Positions 52,008 through 61,670 of a stretch of DNA of 64,000 bases are shown one piece after another. Below the pieces are notes generated by a model. It did not search any database. It saw only the letters and a list, made by a program, of their open reading frames with translations, and was not told the origin of the DNA. Each line of letters opens with the position of its first letter. Position 1 is the first letter of the stretch. The stretch is from the NCBI GenBank assembly GCA_023515725.1, contig JALDTO010000200.1:300275-364274 (forward strand), in the 5' to 3' direction. The DNA is from Amoeboaphelidium protococcarum X5 (Eukaryota; Fungi; Aphelidiomycota). The position numbers were made by a program, and so were the translations under genes.

Positions 52008-52338
52008 TTGAAAAGGTCGCAATTAATAGATAGATTTCTGATACTTGTTAAAATGTTATATTTGTCTTCAATTTGACACTTTTCATACTTACTATATACA
52101 GGTTGTTTAGTATATCACTTTTAAACTTTGAACATTGATGCCGAGTTGGTCAAACGTCTCTTTTTCTACAGATAGCATAGTGAGAACGCGTATAAACGAA
52201 TAGAATAGTTAGGACTTATTACAAAAAAGCCGTAACGGGTCATGACCGTGTGACGCGGGCGATGTGTGACACGAGTACTAATAACACGCTCGGAAAAATT
52301 TGTCAACTTTTCTTTCGCTTCCTGACCATCAACACAAT

Positions 52339-54360
52339 ATGCTATCATCACCCACTCAATAGAGACATCGAGAAAACGATCTGTATCTGCAGTAAAGGGC
52401 TCAGGAGACTTATGAGCTGGCAGCGGAGAATAGGCCGGAGAATACTAATTTGGCATACAACCCAAAGCAGATTGAATTTCAAGATTGGTGTACTGAGCGT
52501 TAATTCAGAGACAGAGATACAGTGTCCGGGGAGAAATTGCATGCATTTGTGAGCGATATGGTGGTTGGCAGACCGAGTAGAACTGATCCCACTGTCACTG
52601 TTGGTGCTCCTACAGTCAATTCATATGTGGCAGCTATCACAGATTTGTATAAGTAGTAGAAGCTTCGCAACATGAACAACTACCCTCCGCCTCGAGAATT
52701 TCCGGCAGTGAAGCAGTTACTTCATCAAGTGAGAGGAGCGCAAGATTAGGTAAATAGGCGCAATTATGCTGATAGAATAGCAGGTACCATAGCTGATGGC
52801 TATTCGAGTGTCGAAGAGCTGCAGAGAATTGCAGATTGGTTCATGAACTCAGGAGGTCGGAACGGGCTGCGTGACAGATTTATGTTCCTCATGGCGCACT
52901 ATTGCTTATTACGTGGCGAGTCTTTAAGATCTTTGGAGTTGGCTGATTTATATGCCATCAAATTGGAAAATGAAGGATTCACTGAGTGTTGGGCATTACT
53001 GGTACTCATGTGTTAAGGCAAAACCAATCAGTTCAATCGTAAAGAGTTTGGCTCATGCCTCAGAAATAAGCGCGTTGAAATATGCCCTTTCGGAGCATTG
53101 GCTCTTTATTTATTTCAGCGTTGGCATGACTTTAATGAGCCGTTTCCTGATTTGACTAGTCCTCAAGATTGGTTTTAGATCAAAGTTTGTCGAGCTCGTG
53201 GACTTACTGAAGAGATGACTTACCAGACTCATTATAATGCTGTCAACAAGTGCTTGAGGGCCTGTAACATTCAAAGCAGTGCCAAGACTCATATCGGACG
53301 TGGTGCAGGTGCACGTATGGCAGAGTTGCAGGGTGCGTCTGAAGGTGATATTCGGCGCTTGGGGAGATGGAACAGCCAGGCGATGGAAGGCTGCTATTTG
53401 ACTGCACTGCCCAGAGGAGCGATGAGATCTTTGGCTGGTTTCCCTACTGATTCCGGATCATTCTATTTAGATCGAGGATAAATTGATCCGCCTGAACATT
53501 TACAGAGATTGATATTTCCAGAAATTGATACGTATGTTATTGCAGAACTAGCGCATACGACAACCGCCGGGTTTATTAAGCTGCTTAAGTACATGAGGAT
53601 TGTTGTTTTGTAGGACGCGGCTATTATGTAAGATTAGTATCCAGATTAGACTCTCTTTAATCATGCTCTATTTAGAAGTCAGGATTTTTTGCATTATAAA
53701 GAGTAACTGCTTGCTGCTCGGATTAATAATCTACCGCCTACCGAATTGAGATTGTAATAGGCTATGCCAGAGTTGGTAAATAAGATCGATTCTGTTGGTC
53801 ATTCTCTTCACGGCAAGATCGATGTTTTGAATCATAAAGTTGAACAATATGCTCATTCAAATACTCAAGTGCGCAATACTCTGAATGATTTACTCAATGG
53901 ACGCACTGCAGTCCGGTTATATGCTGAGCCATAAGCTGCTAATCATGTGCTGCATTAGCCGCCTATTTAAATTGATTTGAATGCGCCTAACGTCTTACAG
54001 AATCAAGTTGGTGATAACATTGATATTATACCTGCTCGAGCTCTTCCACCGCAGTAGTATACCATGTCTCGTGGGCTGTCAACTGTTCAGGATGTGTGGA
54101 GGGAGTATAAAGAAGGCATTGGTGGTAATCCATCAGTTGAATCATTGGAGTAATAATTTGGGGCCAAGTGGAGAAGCAAAGACAGTGAAAGGAAGCATTT
54201 TTCTAGGCGTTTAGTTATATACAAATTTATTCAGAGTAAGATTGATAGTGGACTTTCGGAAAATGACGTTCTCACTGCTTTGGAGCGAAAGCGCCTTGGT
54301 GATAAGCTGTCACTGGACAATCTATAGAAGAAAATTAAGTCCAGGGAAATTGATATATGA
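52339..54360 (+). mobile_element. Crypton (CryptonF-type) tyrosine recombinase transposon ORF, intact, 673 aa
   Basis: No internal TGA (checked). RPENT..AY, LLRGES (R), GKTN (K), THIGR (H..R), LGRWN (W), GCYL (Y); C-terminal GCR1_C-like TVQDVWREY..G...LE..FG.KWR. Confidence 0.9.
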
Positions 54361-54590
54361 CTTGCTTGCGTCGACTTTTATATATATATATTTATCATGT
54401 AACCTTGAATTTAGACTTCTTTGTAATACATTTTTATAAAATTCAAAAATTCTTTACATATCTGCATACTGAGCAATATCAATGTCATGTTTGGTATAGT
54501 CCAAGAAAATTCGGCTTTGAAATACAACATGCACTGTTTCAGCCAATTCTCAGTCACAGCAATGAAGAATAAACGGTACCGGAAAATTTT

Positions 54591-54679
54591 AGAATAACTA
54601 AAATAACTCTAGTTATTCTGTGACAATTCTTGTGACAAGTTTAATGGTTTGTTTGTGACCTCGCGCGAAATCTTGTGAC
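54591..54679. repeat. 10-bp inverted repeat plus four TGTGAC motifs (candidate Crypton right end)
   Basis: AGAATAACTA 54591-54600 / TAGTTATTCT 54610-54619; TGTGAC at 54619, 54631, 54654 and 54674. Confidence 0.55.
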
Positions 54680-55975
54680 CCAAATTGGGATAATTTACCA
54701 TATTTGACTTGCAACGTCCATCAATAACAACGTTGGGTAGAGTTCTTTTAGTAGATGCATGTTAATCAGTGTATCCTGTGAATGCAGTCAAATCCTGTTC
54801 AGACACTCGGTGTTCCCATTGCACAGGTACATTCGACTCGTTTCGCGTTAGAGATTGACGACTTTAATTTTGAGGATTCTGAAACAACAATTATTGAGAT
54901 CGATCACAGGATGAAACTATGGATGGTGGACTATATTGCAGTGATGATTATAGTGAGCAGTCTGTTTGAGTTGAAGTATCACGTGTTTAAGGTATTGTTT
55001 TTGAGTGCTTTTACTCCATGGCACTTAAGAGCTCACTGACCAGTTTCTAGCCAATATTCTTGAATCCTTTCTTTGCTTGATCGATCGAGTTTTGACCGTG
55101 TTATGTATGACTTTGAACCAGCTCTGACAAGGAGTTTTCTTGAGAGGATAACTTAGCCATTACTCCTCTTTATATTTCTGATAGAATTTGCTTTATTACT
55201 GCAATGTCAATAGCCATACGTGCGTCCATATTGAATCAAGGGTAGATGTAACTATAATTAATACTCACGCCTAGAAACGGTCAAGAGAAAGTGTTGTTAG
55301 GGGATAAAGTCTGATTTGAAACAACAAAGGTGAAGAAATTTCCAGTCGTTTCACATTGTCACAAGCTACCGGAAACAGTGCGAGACTGAACTATACTTAA
55401 AGTATGACTTCTGCTCTCCTAAATTTACGGAACTTTTACCCACCTTAAATTTAGGCTATTTCATGGCTCAACTATTTTGAGAAGAAGCAAACTACAACAA
55501 GCCGCGTGTTGAGTTTCGATCATGACGCGAACGATCTTAAATACGGTCCATGAGTTATTAAATTAAAGACGTGTGATATTTTAAGATAGCGCGTATCTTT
55601 TACCTTTAAAATCAGTAATGAAGAAACAGAAAGGAGCACTTGACTCCCCTTGCCATCTCAAACGCTTTATTAAGGAGGTATTTCCATAGCATCTTTCGGG
55701 GGCAAACATTTTCACTCATTCAAGTCATTAGTTACAATGTAGGTAGGTAGTTATTTATGTACGCCCTTGATCTGTATTACCCCTATATATTACTATGAGT
55801 GCAAAGCCACATGTGTGTTGTGAGTGCAGAGTTGTGCATGTTCTTGTCAGTTTGCTAACCCTCAGTGAACGCGACGATGACTCATTATGTCTTTCAAACT
55901 ACTGGTGCCTTCGATGACGCAAATGTTACTAAGTCTAACCCTGTAGCCATTCCACGCGGAAGCGTGGTCAAATTG

Positions 55976-56043
55976 GTTCAGAAAACCTGATAAAAAATCA
56001 AGCGTCAAAGTTCAGAAAACCTGACCAAAAATCACGCGTTAGA
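55976..56043. repeat. 34-bp tandem duplication
   Basis: GTTCAGAAAACCTGATAAAAAATCAAGCGTCAAA / GTTCAGAAAACCTGACCAAAAATCACGCGTTAGA, 29/34 identical. Confidence 0.85.
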
Positions 56044-56164
56044 GTAATGCGAATCACTTCTAATAAGGTATTGTGGCTGACGCGCGTGATGGTGTGGCGT
56101 TGTGCGAGCTGTTCACCTAAGGTTGGATCATTCTGTAAATGAGCAAATATTGCAATTACAGTAG

Positions 56165-57979
56165 TCAAAGATGTATTTCGAACAACTCTTCAGCAATATT
56201 GATTATGATCCAAATGAAATTCGGAATGAATAGTGTGTCGTGTAATAGATTGTCTAGTAGACTCTAATCCTGCCTTCTAGTAACCAAAGTATCCTAGATT
56301 TGTATGTCTCTCCATATGGAATTGTGCGGCAAGAATTGAATTGCTTTTCTGCCATTCTCTTTGCAACTCCCATGTATACCATCAAAGTCATGCAGTTTAC
56401 TTCCATGAACCTCGATTGGAACTAAACACCCACATGTCTCTTCATAATGCAAATTGTCTATAGCACGCTACTTTTCTCTGCACATATCTACTGTATGATC
56501 CTGTCCCAGACAGAAAAAGCACCTGCCGTGTAGATTAGTGCACATATGCTAGTTGTTACACAATCCTGCCTACTGGCCTTCTAGAACTCTTCTGTAGCAT
56601 ATCAAGCACATTCCTTCTGTCCAGCTGCAAAACTATTTCCACTTTCCAAATGTTATATGAATATGCCTAATCTTGTCTCTGGCGTGTTGAGTGGAGGCGT
56701 CCTCGTCACCAAACTATTCTATTCTAAGGCGCTCTCTCCAGTTGATATGTGGTTAATCTGGTCTTACCTGTCGTCCTGGCAATGCACAGTTATCACAATT
56801 TGCTATGCCTTATCTGTTACACGTCATCAGATCTTCTCCATCAATCTCTCTGTGCATCAACTCTCTTCTGCAAGTTGCCAAGTCTCTGCAGTACAAAGTC
56901 ATAAGAGGATCCTTCACATGCCTTGCCTTGCCTACATCCAAAAGTATTGCCTCGCACGGATGTCCATCTCTTCCAGCTCTGCCAGTCTCTTGAACATAAT
57001 CAATCAAGGTGTATGAGGGCCCGTAATGATACACTGCTCTGATATTGGCAATGTCCACCCCAAGTCCAAATGAACTACTGCATATCATCACATTGGTGTT
57101 GCCATTCATGAAGTTGCTCATCTATGTGTCTTTGTCCTCGAGCGCGTGGTAGTATTAACCGGCAGGAACAAGTACAGATCTTTGCAGGTTGGTGACATCA
57201 GCAATTCTATAACAGAACACCGCCATCTTACCGTGTCCCTCTAATTGCCTCGCCTTTTATTGGATCAAAGCCAGAGCTTGTGCTTCTGATACTCTCACTC
57301 TGGAATATCTTGTCGCTGGCTTGACATTTAGTAGTCTGACAGCTGCCGCCTTTAATTACCAATCTCTGACTATATCACGTATGTATGCATTTGGCAATGT
57401 TGCCGATAGCATGATCAATGGCGCGTCATAGAGTCTTGCCAAGCTAAGATTAAGCATTTGAGGTCTGAACGCTTGCCATAATATGTACACGTGGATTTCG
57501 TCTATTACTATGCATCCTAGCTAGTCTGTCCCTACCAGGTAAGTCATCAGCGAATGGTACGTGCCATACTCCAAGTGCTCCACCGCCACAAAGATCAGTG
57601 ATGGATGTATACTTGCAATATCCTGTAAAAGAGTAGCATAATTGGTGACTGCTGTAAATCCTAATTATCTAGCCTTGTCTGATGCATCCTTCTCCAATGC
57701 AATTGTTGGCGTCACTACCAGTACCGATTTACTAGGCATCAATTTCTATAATGCCAAGTAGATGAATGACTTGCCACTCCCTGTAGGGCAGACTGTGAAT
57801 GTATTTTAATTGCTCATTGCTCGCAGTATGGTTTATACTTGGAAATCTTTGGGCGTGGCCTCGGCACCGAATAAGCTTCTGCAGATTTGATTGATTTGCT
57901 CTATCATTGTGCCGTGTTGGATCAAGGAATATTGCGTTTTTTGCGTCCAGTATTTTGCACTTTATGAAATAGATCTCAT
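56165..57979 (-). CDS. RecQ-like SF2 helicase with C-terminal Cys/His clusters and Zn knuckle, ~604 aa
   Basis: PTGSGKS, VVTPTIAL, IDEIH, LSATLP, FGLGVD, YVQETGRAGRDG, CRR..CDNC and CFFCLGQDHTVDMC; frame open to TGA; start tentative. Confidence 0.85.
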
Positions 57980-58151
57980 GTCTATATATATCACTCGCGA
58001 GATGTTTTAAAGTTAGTACCCGCGGTAAATACGGCCTGATCTGTAGTGGTTGAATGATGTTTGCCTTCAATGTAGCGTGAGCAGTGCTAATAAAGAGATG
58101 GATATTAAAGATGATGTATGATCTTGAATGATCTTGTATTAAAATAGATTA

Positions 58152-59234
58152 TCAATTGATCTAAAGTAGTGCATGCCAACTCTTGCTAACCTTGAAAAAC
58201 TCCTCTAGTGCAAATTCTGTGATTCTTGGTGTAGCTTCTGCAGAACGACCATATACCTGTTGCCCAATATCTGCGCCATGCCCTGCCTACTCTTCCTATA
58301 CTTACAGTTACACCTGTATATTGGATGCATTATGGCAATTCCTTCTCATCAGAGCGATGATTGCGTGCCTATACTACGATATACCGACCGGATAACCAAA
58401 TCCGACACTGCAATTGTTCTTGAAAGTCTCTCTAAGCTGCTCTGCTGACAATCCAGCTAGAAGGAACGATAGATACTTTTACTCCTACTCAAAGACTAGA
58501 TACGCTATAGGCTGGATGAAAGTCACAAACTACAATACCAACCTTGAGGTGGTCTTATCTAAAAATCTGACAATGAAACTGTCTCTCTAAGTGATGGAGC
58601 TTGTCTTGTTATAAGTCTATGTCAGCATTATATGGTCTTTCATCCAGTATACTTGTCTTCCTTTCGAGGTTGTATCCGCCACTTGGATTTGCGCAAGTTC
58701 TTCAACTCTGCTTGGCATTCCACAAGCCAATTGAATCAGAGTCGCGAGAGTAGACACACATAACTTGAATCTCCTTTGCCAAATGATCTTGGTTCTTTCC
58801 ACAACCATCTGCTCTCTTACATCCCAAAAGTCTGCCAGTCTATTTCCCATCATCTCTTGTACCAATTCCCGCTGCAATCGAAGTAAATGATCACTTTAAT
58901 CAACAATACTGCGCTTACAGCTAGTCTTGTCCTTCACTCTGCCAGTCTATATTGCGCCTAGATGATATCCATATGTAAGCTGTCCAATTAGACGCGTCAG
59001 GTTGGTTTGCATTTCTTGAATAGTAGACTTTATTACGGCAGTAGAGATAACACTATTGTCAATGCTTAGAGATTTACCCGTGTTATCTGTCCACGTAATC
59101 ATTGAAGTGACATTTCTGTCATAACTGTTGTACCGTTAAGCCAAATGCAACATATTCATAATGTTGGTGAAAGACGAGTTCTCGCGCCCATCCCAAATTT
59201 ACAGTAGATCATTAAATTCCTAATCATCAAGCAT
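58152..59234 (-). CDS. Tyrosine-recombinase-like protein, probably 5'-damaged, ~360 aa
   Basis: GMPSRVEEL (R), YNKT (K), YRHAIIA (R), QAGH (H), VYGR (Y), then SKSWHALL and TGA. Confidence 0.65.
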
Positions 59235-60205
59235 TGCAGATGGGTATATTAGCTAATTACGATGATCATGGTACTAATTATTGTAAAGTAAAGCAAAAAT
59301 TTTTCACTTTTGCGTAGTATACACCTGATCATTCCGTTTAAATCACGAATACTATTAACAATGTACTGCGAACAATACCCTTAATTTACAATAAACAGTG
59401 AATACGGTTTAGGATCACCACCAGGATAGCTATCCTATATCGTGTAATATAAACTTCCATGGCAAGGGGCATCGGCGTAATGAACAAGAACCTTAGTACT
59501 AAACTTGTCCCAGCTAAGTTTATCCAGACCAACGTTCAGTCCACCGAATACGTCTTCTGGACCATCAGCACCGCCTTGAGCCTTAATAGTGGAAACAAAC
59601 CTTCTAAACTCGTCGTCATAACAAGTGAAATCCGGCACTGATATATTATTGCTTCCCATGTCAAAATCAGTGTAACGAACAAACGCCATCCTGAAATTGG
59701 CTTTCGGATAGTGTTCAGTTATACGCGTCGAAAGCTCCAAAATGTTATCCTTGACTCCATCAATCCAGGGCTACATTGATCCTGTGCAGTCTAACAAGAC
59801 GGCGAAATCGACGTTCTCTGATTCCTTAATATTCTGCAATGAGGGATTGATTTATCCCTTGCGAGCTGCTATTTTCAGTCTTCGAGATGACTTGTACTCC
59901 TAATCGTGCATCTTGACATCTCTTGTAAAAGTATCTGAAGTTCTACTACCAGAGGAACAACCTTTTGACGAGGATGTCGAAGAAGAAGCGACGCCAGCTT
60001 GATATTTTGCCTTTATGCTAGAGCCTTCCGTTGCAACTGTGCCAGACTTGACTTAAATGCGGGAGGTAGAGGAGCTCAGCTTAGTAGCACTATCCATATC
60101 TTCATATTCACCCGGGCGAACGTCTTGGCCATGGTGTTCGCCAGATGGAAGTTTGTATTCATTACCGAGGGAAAACTCTTTCTACTCATAGCGCATACAA
60201 TGCAT
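59156..60205 (-). pseudogene. Truncated vWA-domain gene (VwkA/alpha-kinase-associated type) running into the recombinase region
   Basis: VDFAVLLDCTGSM, FVRYTD, GGADGPEDVFGGL, ADAPCHG and YPGGDP; similarity is lost after ~59410. Confidence 0.65.
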
Positions 60206-60639
60206 TAAAAGATTACAAGATCTAGAAGAGGATTGGGCAAAGTATTTAACAAAAACCGTACATGATGCCATCAATCAGCCTTCAGTGACTAGTTAGCCAA
60301 CTAGATCCTACGCATGAAATTCCAAATCAATGAGCACTGCCATAATTCAAACCAGCATGCCCACAGAATTCAACCCATTTATCTTTACAGCTACTGGAGC
60401 TTCAAGATTTTTGGATCTATCACAAACTGAACCGCTTTCAAATGATATCAAGCACCCAGCGATAGGGGTACCCTCCAGCACCATCATATCGCAAAGCCAA
60501 ATATCAGACAACTATCATCCATATCATAGCCAGTACCATCAGAATTGCATTAATTTTATTAAAAATTCATTCACCATACCTTCATATCAAAGTGCGCGTT
60601 CCTTAAAGCTCATTATTCTAACCACAGACGCGATCATCA

Positions 60640-61670
60640 TTGCGGGTTGTCGATCTATCGTCTGCTTGTCTGTCCGTCCGCATCATCAACCGACGTGCCA
60701 TCCCTCTTTGTGGACGTGATAATGTGTTAAAGCAAGCTGCAAATTGCATGAAAACCATGTCATTGCCACCTGGAGAAGTTGACAAGGCATTGCGTAAAAT
60801 TCCTGTATGCTCTGGGTTGTCTGGTCTTGGAAAGACAATAATGCTGGATTGATCCGCTCAAATTCGAATCGTTCCGTTTTGACCTTTCGCGAAAGAGTGG
60901 AGGCGTATATTCGATTTAGCTGATATCCCTGAAAGTCGGCTGGGCGTTTTGGTGCTTTATCACAACGGTCACATGCCGCACCCTGTTGAACGCAAAATGA
61001 GCATTGAGGCATCGTTCGCTTGAAGGTTGTTGCATCGAGGATAATGGTGATATGTTTGCCCACATGTTTACCGAGTCATTGTCGGTGGCTGGCGAGGGAT
61101 TAACCTTTCGTTTGGCTCTCGATGTTATTCGCCAGAAGTATATCAACTTGGAATGATTAACGCAGATGAGAGTCTATATTTGTTTCTTGGTGTGTTGACG
61201 AGTGTCAAACGATTCATAGAGTCGGTGGCAGGAAGAAGTGAAACGAAGAACAACTCTAGGATCTGCTAAACTTACTCGGTGACAGCATGGCCTCTTCTGT
61301 TGCTGGTGTACGCATTTATCCAATGTTTGCAGGGACTGACTTTTCCGTGATTTCTATTGCAAACTCCTCCAAGATGGAAAGCTTGCGTAGGCCGAGGTAT
61401 TTTCTGACTCAGCGAGACGTGGAAACTGCAATTGGTTCAATCGCGAATGGATATAGGTTGCTATTGCACGCCTCTGTTCGCCGACATTTGTTTTATCTTG
61501 GTGAAGTTCGGATGCAGATTACGGAATATAATTTGCGATTGCTGAAGGAGATGGAAAGCATTCCGCCTGACGACTTCCTGACTATGGAAAGTATGAGAAT
61601 GCCCTCTCATCAATCAAGAATTGTTATATGGAGACATGGGGAAGATCACTTGGTGCCATCAATTTTATAA
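60640..61670 (+). pseudogene. Crinkler-associated P-loop NTPase (CR-NTPase-like) pseudogene
   Basis: LCGRD, Walker A SGLSGLGKT, YHNG, frameshifted Walker B LFLGV-DE, MFAGT; multiple TGA and frameshifts. Confidence 0.6.

Noticed and set aside
54760-55320. Possible gene downstream of the Crypton
   Set aside because: Several TGA stops in the frames examined and no recognisable motif; at most an unidentifiable relic.
55976-56043. CRISPR-like array
   Set aside because: Only two adjacent copies, no spacers, no cas genes, eukaryotic context.
55940-57979. Helitron (3' hairpin plus helicase)
   Set aside because: The helicase is SF2 RecQ-like rather than PIF1, there is no HUH Rep domain, and no properly placed CTRR end.
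56165-57979. Housekeeping SGS1/BLM ortholog
   Set aside because: No HRDC domain or long N-terminus, divergent motifs, and it is linked to a recombinase within a transposon island.
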